Positions 39,001-47,958 of a DNA stretch of 64,000 nt are shown here, in pieces. The stretch is from a virus (Duplodnaviria; Caudoviricetes): IMG/VR virus record IMGVR_UViG_3300029305_003192, one strand, 5' to 3'. A program made the position numbers and the translations under genes. Each line of letters starts with the position of its first letter. Position 1 is the first letter of the stretch. The notes beneath the pieces were generated by a model. That model saw nothing but the letters and a program-made list of their open reading frames with translations, was not told the DNA's origin and ran no database searches.

Positions 39001-40252
39001 TTTCTATTATCTGACAGATAAGAGAAATAATCCCCATAAGCGTGTATCTAAGTCGATTGAAGCTATAACAAGCTCTATCGCATCATTATACCCTAATGGT
39101 GCGGATGTTACACCATATACATCATTACCAGGTTGGGCAACCGCCCTCAGCGATCATTACAACTACAATAAACTCGGAACTATATCTACTGCTCCAATTC
39201 AGTCGACTAAGTTCACAGCAAACGATATAAATGCTATCATGAATGCGATGCTCCGAATCTCATCTGACCGTGAGGGTGGATATTTCGGAATAGCTAATTT
39301 CAATAGTGCTTATGCGGACTCTGATGGATATCCCGCATTTGGTATCAGTGGATTCAACGGTCATTATGGAGGGGCGCAGGAAGTTCTTGGAAGAATGGTT
39401 GCATCCGGAGAACTGTCTGAAGAAGACAGGGCTATCGCACTGGAGCTCATTGATGAAGTGGGCAGAACGTATACAGGAAACAACCCATTCAACAAAAATA
39501 AACTCGATACACTGATTCGTAAATATTCGAATGTCAATAAGTATGCACAGGACGGTTATGCATACCAGCTCATGCAGAACTCAGCACGTCACGTGTTTAG
39601 TGCATATGATAACGGAACACTTCGTAGCGTTGAAGAGATGATTATGCTTAATCAGCTCTCACCTTACGGACCAGCACATATTCCAGCAATTCTTGGTTTA
39701 CCAGGTGCTGGAAGTTGGGCAGAAACTACTGCTCCTAATAACCTCAAGACACTTAAGTTTAGTAGTGATCCACTTACAAACCTCGCATACACAATGAACG
39801 ATTATTATACACGTAATACTTCAGCTTGGACTAAGTATTCTTATATGAAGAATGAGCTGAAGGAAGCGTATAAGAATCTCGGAGGAACGGAAGCTCTTGG
39901 TTTCGGCGGTGGTATCGCAGACTCGCTCAATTCCGGTTCTTATGATATCGTAGACACACCTGTCGCTATCGGTAGAACACCTAGAGTTGAAGTTGACTCT
40001 GCACCAGTTACTACAAGACTCGACGTAATTATCAACTATCTCAGACAGATTGCCAATACTGCTAGACAAAACCGAGCAGAAACGGCGGCAACTAATTTGG
40101 ATATCGGACACGGAGCTATTGTTGAAAAGCGTAGCATGTCCAGTTCTGGTTCCAACAATATGCCGGCAACACCGGTATATACAGACATTAAGAACAGTGA
40201 TAGAATGAAAGCGATTCATGATAGAATAGCCAGAAGTCCTAGACCTGTATAA
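30062..40252 (+). CDS. Giant tape-measure / tail-associated lytic protein (3396 aa) with two C39-like peptidase domains
   Basis: TMP motif YDVG...IHKGEMIIP; Gly-rich hydrophobic segments; C39-like QxDxRW...GCGPT...GH...DP and NQ...GCVVT...NH...YDP; possible muramidase-like region near the C-terminus; late promoter at 30007. Confidence 0.8.
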   Translation: MASNRSKSKVLQNAEKAFKYSAVPAITSKVPYMTGTAQSAISVAKDLRDWTIRNNPFRAVNGNKDPLIRQIATATANAVKSAKLDLKSGDLTFRNLNKAVRDFVGEDSLLDGFDNLDIDFGSDLGDSLFSNSGQDDQTSDITTASAMMAVGDTLSRTQAVTTEAMIGAVEHSTERITKTQMVMTDTAVTRLISSNMTIAARTSTQLGTISEDIKVVNKNLSLLVEQSNSFSSFINQSQRYMEHTEQTLNDIKALLEASHSQGKNDGYGGSYNDGFMSGHFDIKKYIHHIFNNTSSGIIASQVIGTTMKALKMELPSFIDEMNAFSIGDLNPLKMGIEKLIPAIGRIADLDKTFERSIKMFMARLAEGEYGGFLNGLGVEGFGMRERNRVIYDSRYYEKGNMQWNGMAQRALMEVIPGYLSSMEGYLKQIAENTYKGKDRYALNTSSLRHFDYDLGQFATLSDIRERTKKELTSSLQSSYDNFVEMTEKITNGSDELNQELTNYLRKINSSENDSKISRKEWMNEFKAIVGKHRKDGITDDQIMKAYDALVWAREQSLDERNRIRTAAARRESSAFYLGDELNTMTPDLVYKGLKEIKQDRYNSLSENDKKEADRQKRNEERRKGFFEKTVAKLGLTDDAKAIKEMFSHGGPINRGVDFVSDKLQGVLLNLIYGGLKSYDVGSQNIPNDQVANIHKGEMIIPKDVADQIRAGNFDNAQVKEWLNITAGSVENSTSVLSSIQSMFVGNSKTKSKTRKAMGAMVEYADDYYKVAIDAEAIKDGDLRGIWVSMLENMANQTAILAHNAERDAGFDDKDGRSDLSKRILGEKDKNGLYKGTMFSQYANIGLDFKNAIRHAMYGEEYITSEGVKVAKSDDTVLSTLSKGMKKAGDTALSYIFGEDYKNTKQFKAVSKGYSELKAGITGKASDGVQLTPDEEKAVEEALQQTADKGLELNKKLIGHVKGGLLGAITVGGIGLMGGGGVVPMLLGAGGPIGGAIIGAGLSILTRNESFMDKMFGEMKDGERVGGVISKEMQERWKDLGSKLLGPAVLGAAGSFIFPKLTRGILGPVGSFMLGTGPIAGAALGIGASLIMKSQPVQDLLYGEEGKGGNTGLVGSVKNAAKDFWNKNKQHAGAMGLGGIGGALLGLKGAGALGLGGFGLVGSIVGMSILGASFGLKATSDKFKDFLFGSRKFKRDKNGNLVPDGRDGDGLIGKISRKFITSVMTPARVFARSISRNFTEWIRYDVAHQLKSAFEPFTLAIKGGVQGIADGMHAVTDKLMDLAKKITNPIKKIVGGLLKFAGKTVMGGLKTGASIAGGVISAPLKVLGHFGRRFSKKYDPTVAANNKKFRFGYTDASGKKHRGFWNPLQRLADARDAFLDSDGGFFDALAAGGHMLNPFTAYADAKYQYSKDTGYNNAAFLGGFFGAAGQKHRQIKKANRRKDKMESRIADWTAEWAKKDNWNDKVILNKKELNARNSRLRKIMGKDYDKVLDRFGNKSGSLTSEEMIQFMYDPFGKKKSEKDAQANTAKKANTFLQDIKHIAYEILQFVSGGKPKGAPLSGPVAKIGNALAPKGGSKRKQSRNKGAVDSSMYDFMKQAKSRGFGSISAIASATGIDVNDLKNFLAGNRDAISGKARRSMFKQMGYIDTSTFGGKVKKAFTTQHALAKYITDGQYRKSVNQKLESKSNVFKYALNAGYRKSLHQQYNVTSSKSLLDCVIDAGYFYGIKQDKKVDYRKLSADTGIDPDKLKNLLEGREDDLKDDERTILYDKVGYVGDKFQAGKLIKNMIGTKVKNKVNSIKTTLYNKTQPLRNAAKKVQSGIGVIKGKIAPLQDKGKELFKQASEAAKFKLDNKMTSKQKEFMHKYLTPYEIKIFKQLSISERNNIMRLWATDDGRSAIAALQQHGKELKKKTDANRKKLGRNVAMTDEEKATFEWLKVNAKKSKLEPDVQKTCLKVYRKMTSTERAEIEVYRKNKDVVGAFTYLKDHAGKIKSFAERVKGAAGALKAGASTIAGKAAAGASSIFGALFGTTGGLKSLAGIAIGAGVMFLFNKFPGIMESIKTIIGNIKDWFMETAWPFITDKIVPAAKKIFEGIGTVVEKIFNFIANPEEEGAALSSNWFTGMDKSAEQLKAESDTAAKYGLSTTEEMLNYATGDHGIWTSDIGDGGLAEIVGKKAGSKYTAKDGLIAAYVVIGNEYMLYNNPFIAPTVEQLSAFIEDPKILKAVKKFYKEIATQRGIKPKKYDDTSASDRKAALQQAVQYLEGKYGGHRNVQINMNNAAGITMEQAAANAAAEASGSVGSGHFMQTDPRWANARYANAGRGNFSTMGNGGCGPTALANAAMSQGVSTNPMAVARLSRNGGYAVGGGTSAGLFTNGARRLGLQSTAIGAGSIKRALSNGNSVVFAGKGNGLYTRAGHIMSARGIDRHGNVIVDDPMRRNSVSVPLSTLGRGMTHAWSIGRGGETYTDNKGNVYEKITSFDQLSAAAKKKDLTNYSDQDLGMLMAKCQNGEADINIAEFYFLTSQREINRKNGLADMSSMDYHISLRGDDSMLYNNVLMYNQTNEKWKDKFLVYTNDTSTIGNAGCVVTAFGSLLANLTGLNYRPDFMTNAIAGKTRTGNSLITILGNSRSPSISNATPQRFLINGHTHGQATNSEAIYPNWYEPHEGPFMGSMDWSTGTMTYHRNNDELRFLDTISSGPFVIYGGSIYNKDMDKVSTYGTEPGTYASSISGYTHMHPFYRPSDGKMYTNHAYLVVPKTFGGASSVAQQEYYLYDPGSGQLENQGRALSYSALFSPHGGVQSVFGFSGLASTPFGGVLGKEPAVEDLNWWQSMYNADDLAELYRTSSEHTRRKYQYENSWTGTDTSTDESSDDSLLTKIMNALSGLGDIAMGLLGKIFGGKGDLPTMTDYANQSVYNNGGSGSGGSGGSGYVSNDGSIYYKGEKVSSRALTMDLSKYSDYDIAMLQQRIMKGTEDGLTMNDFYYLTDKRNNPHKRVSKSIEAITSSIASLYPNGADVTPYTSLPGWATALSDHYNYNKLGTISTAPIQSTKFTANDINAIMNAMLRISSDREGGYFGIANFNSAYADSDGYPAFGISGFNGHYGGAQEVLGRMVASGELSEEDRAIALELIDEVGRTYTGNNPFNKNKLDTLIRKYSNVNKYAQDGYAYQLMQNSARHVFSAYDNGTLRSVEEMIMLNQLSPYGPAHIPAILGLPGAGSWAETTAPNNLKTLKFSSDPLTNLAYTMNDYYTRNTSAWTKYSYMKNELKEAYKNLGGTEALGFGGGIADSLNSGSYDIVDTPVAIGRTPRVEVDSAPVTTRLDVIINYLRQIANTARQNRAETAATNLDIGHGAIVEKRSMSSSGSNNMPATPVYTDIKNSDRMKAIHDRIARSPRPV

Positions 40253-40256
40253 AAAT

Positions 40257-40288
40257 AATGAGGATAAGCCAATTGGCTTATCCTCATT
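40257..40288. terminator. Perfect 32-bp palindrome / terminator
   Basis: AATGAGGATAAGCCAA|TTGGCTTATCCTCATT. Confidence 0.75.
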
Positions 40289-40340
40289 TTATCGTTCCGG
40301 TAACAACGCTTTAATATGCTAATGAAAGAGGTGTATTTTT

Positions 40341-42305
40341 ATGGCAGACGAATCAGATATCAATGTTCGTCCTCTCTCGGAGGACGAACAATTTAAAATA
40401 CAAATCACAAATGATGCCGCATCACACGGAGGTTCGGGTCTATCAGGATATAGTGCCCCGAACGAAAGATTGACGAACAGGACGCATACCTCTATTCCCG
40501 AGGGCACATATACTGTTACCGGTAGAAGTAACTATGATACGTCATGGGTATGTATAAGTGTAAACGGAAAAGATGTATGGATCAAGCTCAACGGCGGAGG
40601 ATATATTGATGAGGATGGTACTCCATATTTTAATTCACAATATTATTCCGAGGAAGACCGTGATAAAGCACTGAAAAGTGAACTTGATATACTTGGTACT
40701 ATGAACTTTGAACAGTGGGCCACGGATAGTTATGATGAACGTACAGTAGGTGAGCTTGCGGGTAGTAATGAATGTATAGTGTACACTACCAATCAAGATG
40801 GACAGACATACAATATGCGCGAGAAGGTTGTAATGCACAGTACAAGCAGTCAGATCGAATATGGATCGGTATATGCACATTATATAACCTTGGCGACTAA
40901 AGCATATGGTGCACCACCGCAATGGACACCATATGTTGATCCTCGAGTAGGTGAACTGAGATTATCATCAAACCACGTGTTTCTATTGGGAAGAAAGTAC
41001 TTGGAGACCGTAATATCAGCTCCAACTATATTGTCGTTATGCCCAGGTGTAATCAAATATAACTCAGCTCTTGGTGAACTCTTAGGTGAGAATTTCGATA
41101 ATATGACCCCTGAAATGTTTCAGGCAGACAGTTCGGGTAAAATTATCGAGTTCCAGCCGTGTTGGTACTCCGACGTAGAAGGTGGTAACCACGGTTACCT
41201 CAAATATGTAATTACGTTAAATAAAGCTGCGTTAATATCGATGAACCGTACAGAATATAAGACCGGTGAAATTGAACTAAAGAAGCGAGAATTCCCTGGT
41301 TCATCGCAAACATATTACAATACTGAGCAAGTGTGGTATGATTGGAATAATTCGGACAATGACGTTACTCGCATATTCGGCGATACCGGGGGAGAGAACG
41401 CTATTTTAGACACCCTCTCAGCAATGGGTAATGCAGCAGCGGGATTTCTCGAATCCTTATATACATACAAATACGTTCATTTTTACTGCTCTGGTAATAA
41501 TTCAACACGTGAAAATTTCGAGACTAGTGTCAGAAGCTCTATGATTGAGGATCTCATAAACTCATCGGTAGGCTCTGCAGTTAAGGATGTAGCGTATTTC
41601 ATGGGTGGTATTATCGATGCCGATACTACACAGCAATTGGAAGAATGGGCCGATACCACATCTAAATCACTTGGCTCTCTCGGTAACCTTGTATCTATGG
41701 CGACCGAGGTATTTAAAGGTGCCCGATTAATATTCCCACAGATTGTCGATGACTGTACATTTGGTAGAGATGCACAGTTTACAGTTAGATTTGTTGCAGG
41801 TTCATCAGATATTGAAGCAAGATATCTGATGAGATGTGAGTTTAATCATCTTCTCGCATTGGTATTGCCAAGACAGGTTAAAGGTAAGATTGATATGTAT
41901 ACTACACCATTTCTTGTACGCGGCCTTTGTAAGGGACGTTGGAACTGTGAGATGGGTGTTATAACAGGATTCCAGGTGACGTATGGTGGGCAGGATGATG
42001 GTGCATGGACGCAGGATTCACAGCCAACCGAAATTGAAGCTACGTTCTCAGTTACTCCATTATATTCTAAGCTTGTTATGTCTTCATTCGACGATGCATC
42101 GACATGGTTCCTGAGAAATACTGGTATGATTGAATATGTCATGACGAACTGTGGTGTTGACTTGAGATTATCTCAGCTTGATATGAAGATGGAAATGGCC
42201 GTAGCTATGGGAGCTGAAGCTGCCAATCCCATGCGTATGTCAGACGGTATCATGGGTAAAATCTATAATCTGGCTCAACCGCTTCGTAACTTATTCAACT
42301 TCTAA
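40341..42305 (+). CDS. Putative baseplate/tail structural protein
   Basis: Late promoter at 40302; follows the TMP; SH3-like N-terminal segment and a beta-rich C-terminus. Confidence 0.55.
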   Translation: MADESDINVRPLSEDEQFKIQITNDAASHGGSGLSGYSAPNERLTNRTHTSIPEGTYTVTGRSNYDTSWVCISVNGKDVWIKLNGGGYIDEDGTPYFNSQYYSEEDRDKALKSELDILGTMNFEQWATDSYDERTVGELAGSNECIVYTTNQDGQTYNMREKVVMHSTSSQIEYGSVYAHYITLATKAYGAPPQWTPYVDPRVGELRLSSNHVFLLGRKYLETVISAPTILSLCPGVIKYNSALGELLGENFDNMTPEMFQADSSGKIIEFQPCWYSDVEGGNHGYLKYVITLNKAALISMNRTEYKTGEIELKKREFPGSSQTYYNTEQVWYDWNNSDNDVTRIFGDTGGENAILDTLSAMGNAAAGFLESLYTYKYVHFYCSGNNSTRENFETSVRSSMIEDLINSSVGSAVKDVAYFMGGIIDADTTQQLEEWADTTSKSLGSLGNLVSMATEVFKGARLIFPQIVDDCTFGRDAQFTVRFVAGSSDIEARYLMRCEFNHLLALVLPRQVKGKIDMYTTPFLVRGLCKGRWNCEMGVITGFQVTYGGQDDGAWTQDSQPTEIEATFSVTPLYSKLVMSSFDDASTWFLRNTGMIEYVMTNCGVDLRLSQLDMKMEMAVAMGAEAANPMRMSDGIMGKIYNLAQPLRNLFNF

Positions 42306-42395
42306 TACCACTTTAAATATGTAAACGACCTCCGAAATATATTTAATGAGTATATATTCTCGCTAAGACTAATTACGAGAGGAGGAACTTACAGA

Positions 42396-43055
42396 TTGTC
42401 AAAAGCAATAGATAGACTGAAGGATGAATATGACAGAGTATTTGGTCATATACCGGATGATCCCAGTGGTCAATTAGAGTATCTGTGTAGTGAGTGGAAT
42501 ATCAGTCAGAATGACATTGATAAATTCCGTACCGATGTAGAACGATTTATCACCATGAAGACTGATAAGATTATGCTATCGCTACCAGTTACTCCATTGG
42601 CATCTAGACGTCCACGTTCATCTTCAGACGGACACTTCTATGTGCCCGATATCGAAAAACACCGAAAACTCGTACAAAGCTATATCGACTATAAAGGCAT
42701 AGTATTCACATTATGTCATATAGATATCGATATCTACGTCGAAATTCCGTCGGCTATGACGAAGAAAGAAGCATACCTTGCCCAGATAGGTCTGGTAAGA
42801 CCAACAGGTTCAGACTGGGATAACTATGCGAAAACATATTGCGACTGTATACAAAATGTGCTGATAACAAACGATAACCTGATTATCAGTGGTACATGCC
42901 GTAAGTTCTACTCAGTTAAACCGAGAGTTGAAATCGAGATTGAATATCAACCTTCGTTTGATTGTAAGTATAATGAGCGGCGAATTACTAAGAGCAAATC
43001 GTATTTGCAGAATATCGAAAGGGTGAAGTATAATGAGTACACGAGAAAAGACTGA
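42396..43055 (+). CDS. rusA: RusA-like Holliday junction resolvase
   Basis: RPR, DWDNYAK...D...NDN and PRVEIEI motifs; TTG start after GGAGG. Confidence 0.82.
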   Translation: MSKAIDRLKDEYDRVFGHIPDDPSGQLEYLCSEWNISQNDIDKFRTDVERFITMKTDKIMLSLPVTPLASRRPRSSSDGHFYVPDIEKHRKLVQSYIDYKGIVFTLCHIDIDIYVEIPSAMTKKEAYLAQIGLVRPTGSDWDNYAKTYCDCIQNVLITNDNLIISGTCRKFYSVKPRVEIEIEYQPSFDCKYNERRITKSKSYLQNIERVKYNEYTRKD

Positions 43056-43269
43056 CTATCGAAAGAATAAGAAGTCTATATGCGAGATTTGCGAGAATCT
43101 CTTCTCCAAGTTTAATGGAGACTTTATATCTGTACCGAATAAGACTTGCAAAGAGGTAAACGACTTACTCGGATATGCATGTAGTGATAAACCAGCACTA
43201 CAGAATGTCGATGTGTCTAAATACCTCTACGTTGTCGAAGTTAACGGAACGACGATGATAAGAAAGTAA
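43033..43269 (+). CDS. Small hypothetical protein (78 aa)
   Basis: Overlaps the end of rusA; followed by a hairpin terminator at 43277-43309. Confidence 0.6.
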   Translation: MSTREKTDYRKNKKSICEICENLFSKFNGDFISVPNKTCKEVNDLLGYACSDKPALQNVDVSKYLYVVEVNGTTMIRK

Positions 43270-43382
43270 TCAGTTTAATATCCAGTAACCACTACGGTTA
43301 CTGGATATTTTTTGTTCTTATAATAGCCTCCTCCAAAACAACGACATAACAATTTACACTCACAAAGAAGAGGTGTTAATAA

Positions 43383-45650
43383 ATGGCTAAACGAAATACG
43401 AAAGGACCAATCAATACTCTGGTTCAGAAATTGATTCAGTCCATTGACCCCGATAAGATATCGGATTTAAATATAACCGACCGTGGTGACACGTTTAAGA
43501 AAATTATCAATAATGAGCTTGAGCTCACTAAAGGTATCTCCGATGGTAGTATCGTTGACTTCAGTCGTAGCCTGAATTCTGATATAGTAACCAAGAAGAA
43601 TGCCGGTGATAAGTGGGGAAGTCCAGAACTCACAGGAGATGTTATTGAGTATATCAATAAGAATACCTCTAGCATGTTCCAGGACTTTGCTGAGAATGAA
43701 CGAAACCGTTATATCCAGTATAATGATTACAACTTCATCTCGAAGTTCGTTCCAAAGATTGGTCAGGCGCTCAGAATGATACTGACCCATATCGTATCGT
43801 CTGATGACCTCACTAATACATTCAAGCGTCAGCTTGAATTCGGCTCACTCGATGTCGATGATACACAGACACTTAAGTTGGCACTCGAGAAGTTTGAGAA
43901 GGAAAACAAGCTCCTCTACAAGCTTGAGAATCTCGCATATAAGAATACACTCATCATGGGCGAATATTATGTGTACGCAATTTCATATAAGGACCTCTTT
44001 ACCAACTATGCCAAGCTTCTTGCTAAGAAGCGTGAAGCGTCTGGTAAGGTTAAAGATAAGAAAACTAAGAAGTCCATGGGTTATGCTATGGAGTCTTATA
44101 TGATAAGTGATGATGAGTATAAAGCTCTTGAATCGGCATACTCGAGCAGTGCCTCGGATAATGATCCATTGCGTAGCCCAAAATCCAGCTCCTTTAGAGA
44201 GGACTATGGTAGAGGTGCTGTTGTTACATGTTATGATTCCGAAATTCCATTCATTTTTGATGAAGATGTAGAATCGGATGACCCTAATCTCTATGAGAAG
44301 AAACTTGCTACTGCTCTCGAAGCAGTTGAGAGAAGTGGTGCCGCTCAGAAGACCAAGACATCTGTTGATGGAGTTGCCGATGGTACTTACGGACTCGGTG
44401 GTTCATATGATATCGCGGGTACATACATAAAGTTTATCTCCGCGAGAAATATCGCACCAGTAGAAGTACTTGGTAACGTTGTAGGCTACTTCTATATCAG
44501 CCATACCACAATTGATAAGGCTAAGAAGACTGTATCGATTGGTAATATTCATATCTCGTCTATGAAGAAGCGTTCTCCTATTGAGGATATCGCGAAATCT
44601 ATGACTGAGAAGATTGCTCAGAAGTTCTCTGATAAGTTCGTTGCATCCAATACTCAGTTTAAGCATCTGATTGCTGACTGCATCATGGCTGCAGGCGTAA
44701 CTAATACGGAGTATAAAGTACAGTTTATCCCTGCTGAGAATATCATACACTTTAAGGTGGATGATGATGAGAATTCTCGTGGTCAGTCTATCCTTAAGGA
44801 TGCCATCCAGCCAGCTAAGACTCTTGCAGCAGTTAATATGAGAAAGGTACTCAACTACCTTAATAAGTCTGGTGATAAGACCGTAATGACAGTAAGAGGT
44901 GGTAATGCTGACTTCAGCCGTAAGAATCAGGCCATGCGTATTATCCGTAATATGCAGGAGCAGAATATCGTCGTATCTGACCTGCTTGGCGATTGTAATA
45001 ATATCTTCCATAAGTATGCTGCAGATGGCAACATCATGATGCCAACATCAAGAACTGGTCAGAAACTGGTTGAACTTGAGAAGATGGATGGTCAGCAGAT
45101 TGATATGAACGTTGAGTGGGAGAAGGAGCAAGAGAATGAGATACTTACAGCGATGGGTGTCCCACCACTGCTTCTCGATACTCATCTTCAGGCAGACTTT
45201 GCCCGTGCATTTACTACGGCACATGTTGGTTTTGCCGGTACTATTGCTAAGTGGGATGGTGACCTCGAAGAACCAACAACTCAGCTATATAAGATAATTA
45301 TACAGAATCTGGACATCTCGGAAGAGCTTAAGACACGAGTGCTCCCAGTATTCGCGTTTAAGTTACCAAGACCGAAGTTTGCTGCAACACAGACAGGTGT
45401 TGAATCTATTCAGCAGGGTGTTCAGATGGCTGAGCAGTATATTCAGCTCAAATATGGTGAAAGTCCTGATGAAAATATGAAGGATGTTATCCGTGAAGTT
45501 AAGTTCGCAATTGTTCGTGAGAACTGTGCAACTATTCCTTGGGAAAGATACGACGAACTCGCTAAGAAGATTGAGATGGAATTCATTAGCATCAAGGATG
45601 ATGTTAAGGATACTAGTATGAGTTCGGACAGCGGAATGGATGAATTCTAA
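43383..45650 (+). CDS. Portal protein (probable)
   Basis: 755 aa; late promoter at 43337; GEYYVY, FIPAENIIHF, RGQSIL and ILTAMGVP segments typical of T4/phiKZ-type portals; internal AMES/ALES sites. Confidence 0.75.
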   Translation: MAKRNTKGPINTLVQKLIQSIDPDKISDLNITDRGDTFKKIINNELELTKGISDGSIVDFSRSLNSDIVTKKNAGDKWGSPELTGDVIEYINKNTSSMFQDFAENERNRYIQYNDYNFISKFVPKIGQALRMILTHIVSSDDLTNTFKRQLEFGSLDVDDTQTLKLALEKFEKENKLLYKLENLAYKNTLIMGEYYVYAISYKDLFTNYAKLLAKKREASGKVKDKKTKKSMGYAMESYMISDDEYKALESAYSSSASDNDPLRSPKSSSFREDYGRGAVVTCYDSEIPFIFDEDVESDDPNLYEKKLATALEAVERSGAAQKTKTSVDGVADGTYGLGGSYDIAGTYIKFISARNIAPVEVLGNVVGYFYISHTTIDKAKKTVSIGNIHISSMKKRSPIEDIAKSMTEKIAQKFSDKFVASNTQFKHLIADCIMAAGVTNTEYKVQFIPAENIIHFKVDDDENSRGQSILKDAIQPAKTLAAVNMRKVLNYLNKSGDKTVMTVRGGNADFSRKNQAMRIIRNMQEQNIVVSDLLGDCNNIFHKYAADGNIMMPTSRTGQKLVELEKMDGQQIDMNVEWEKEQENEILTAMGVPPLLLDTHLQADFARAFTTAHVGFAGTIAKWDGDLEEPTTQLYKIIIQNLDISEELKTRVLPVFAFKLPRPKFAATQTGVESIQQGVQMAEQYIQLKYGESPDENMKDVIREVKFAIVRENCATIPWERYDELAKKIEMEFISIKDDVKDTSMSSDSGMDEF

Positions 45651-45701
45651 CAAAAAAAAATATCAATAACCCCCAGAAGCATTATGCTTCTGGGGTATCT
45701 T

Positions 45702-46751
45702 TTAGAACTTTATTGGTGATTCCAAGAAGAGCTCACCGAATCTATCGCTATCAATAGTAATGGTAGCTTGTCCTTCGTGTATATTGAATACCTGCCAATC
45801 TGCGGTAAACCCAGATATTCCGGCATGACCTCCACCATTACAGCACTCTCCAATAATGGTGGTGTCGTATTTATTAGAGTATAATGTATATGCCCATTCG
45901 CCTTTGTTGTTAATGTATTCCTTGATGGCGAAATCGTATTCTGTTTCCTTTCCGAATAACTCATAGTTGCCTACGTTAGTATTTACGATTACACAATTAC
46001 CAAAACAACATCCTTTACCTGTCTTAGCACTCTTTACCGTGAGTACGAATCGTCTGGCATTTCTCATAATGTGTGGATAAAGAATATTATTTTCATACCA
46101 TACGATTGATTTACCCTCGCTGATTATCTTATCCACAAAGTCTGTATCACCTTCAAGGCTATCCCATGCACATGGACTTTTAATCTTACTAAGATTCAAT
46201 CTCAGAGAACCCTTAAAGAATTCAAGTGAACCCTGATATTCATTCTTATATAAGTCGTGGTCATCCACGAGCTTATAAACCGTAGGCATACCTCTCATCG
46301 TGAAGTACATATCCCATGCCAAGAATGTTGCAGAGTGATCAACGTTTACATGTTTATGAAATGCACATGTGCCATTAATCTTATACTTCGATAAGCACCT
46401 TTCGCTTGACAGGTGATGGTCAATATAATCGACTCCGACATGTGGAAGTGATGCAATATCGTCAATAATTGCGAAATCGTCTACCGTTGAGATTGCTACA
46501 TCAACAATGATAACCTTCTTAAGGTTCTCGCATGCTGAAACTGCACCGGCGATATTCTTAGCAGCATTCTTAAGGCTGCTAATTGCCATTGGCCATATAT
46601 AACGGTCACTATAACCGCATTCAATGAGATGCTTAAGCGCAATACGTGCAGCAGCTGCTCCGTCATTATCATCATGAAATGCGATGATTGCTGTTGTATC
46701 ACTATTAAGTGTATTCACTGGGTATTTTCTTATAAAGTCATATCTAGTCAT
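45702..46751 (-). CDS. DHH/DHHA1 phosphoesterase, paralog 2
   Basis: HDDNDG, VDVA, IDHH, DHD and GGGHAGISG motifs. Confidence 0.88.
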   Translation of the reverse strand: MTRYDFIRKYPVNTLNSDTTAIIAFHDDNDGAAAARIALKHLIECGYSDRYIWPMAISSLKNAAKNIAGAVSACENLKKVIIVDVAISTVDDFAIIDDIASLPHVGVDYIDHHLSSERCLSKYKINGTCAFHKHVNVDHSATFLAWDMYFTMRGMPTVYKLVDDHDLYKNEYQGSLEFFKGSLRLNLSKIKSPCAWDSLEGDTDFVDKIISEGKSIVWYENNILYPHIMRNARRFVLTVKSAKTGKGCCFGNCVIVNTNVGNYELFGKETEYDFAIKEYINNKGEWAYTLYSNKYDTTIIGECCNGGGHAGISGFTADWQVFNIHEGQATITIDSDRFGELFLESPIKF

Positions 46752-46830
46752 TATTATTTTCCTCCATTTTATCTTATCCATACATACTTTAAATCCCGAG
46801 ATATCAACACGATATCTCGGGATAATCTAA

Positions 46831-47958
46831 TCAATTCATAGCTATTGCTTCATGTGCATTTTCCTGCCACTCCGTATCAATTTCTGTCTGCCTTTTCAGA
46901 TACATATATATTACATCTGACTCGAGGCCGGTTATTGTCATATAAGCCGTACCGTTGAGTTCTTTATTTGTATATACGTCATCCATGATGTTACGATTTA
47001 ATGTAAATCCACCGGCGCCTGGATGTCCACCACCACCGAAGAATTTACATATCGGTGTAATGTCATACTTATCAGAATATATGGTATATGTATAATCACC
47101 ATTCTTATTCTGGAAGTACTTGATGCACAGATCAAAGTCTTTATATCCCTCGCCATTCTTACCGAACAGTGCACTATTACCCCAACTGGAGTTGATAACT
47201 GCACAATTGTGGAAGTAAAATCTTTCGGCTTCAGATTCCAGCGCTACTTTGATTATCTGCATATTGCGACCGATCATAGGACATATTGAGCCATTGATGT
47301 ACTGACCGATAATATCACCGGCAGATACAATCTGGTCGATATGTTCACCCCAGATGGTTCCATCTGCAATCAGATCATCCCACAGAGGGTCCTTGATATC
47401 ATGCAGTGGGAAGAGTCCCGAACCATTGAAGAATTCGAGGGAACCTTCAAGTTCATGAGCGAAAATATCGTGGTCTGATATGAGCTCAAGTACCTGTGGT
47501 ACGTCTGTACTGATCAGTGCCTGCCAAGCAAGTTTAGCAGCAGATACATTTGTATCCAGTATTACATGCTGAAATAATGCCTTGTTATAATGGATACCGT
47601 TGTAGTCAATACCATCAAATAACTTCATATATGCATCAACTGATGTCTTATGATGATCAATCCAAGTCGTGTCGATGTCGAAGTTAACTTCGCGGATAAC
47701 CTCACCAAGACGAATAATATCTTCGGCTGTCGGGATACTGAGGTCAACGATAAAGATATGACCGATTTCATTTTCGTCGGTATTATATGAACGGATCATG
47801 TGCTCGATTAGATCAATCTGACCACCATTCAGTGTGACGTAGATACAGTTGATATCTTTGTCATCATAACCTAAAGCTCTGCATTTGTTGAGACATACTT
47901 TTGCTGCACCATAACCATCATTATCAGTATGGTGAAAGATAAGTGCGATTTTACCCAT
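46831..47958 (-). CDS. DHH/DHHA1 phosphoesterase, paralog 1
   Basis: HHTDNDG, VDLS, IDHH, DHD and GGGHPGAGGF motifs. Confidence 0.9.
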   Translation of the reverse strand: MGKIALIFHHTDNDGYGAAKVCLNKCRALGYDDKDINCIYVTLNGGQIDLIEHMIRSYNTDENEIGHIFIVDLSIPTAEDIIRLGEVIREVNFDIDTTWIDHHKTSVDAYMKLFDGIDYNGIHYNKALFQHVILDTNVSAAKLAWQALISTDVPQVLELISDHDIFAHELEGSLEFFNGSGLFPLHDIKDPLWDDLIADGTIWGEHIDQIVSAGDIIGQYINGSICPMIGRNMQIIKVALESEAERFYFHNCAVINSSWGNSALFGKNGEGYKDFDLCIKYFQNKNGDYTYTIYSDKYDITPICKFFGGGGHPGAGGFTLNRNIMDDVYTNKELNGTAYMTITGLESDVIYMYLKRQTEIDTEWQENAHEAIAMN

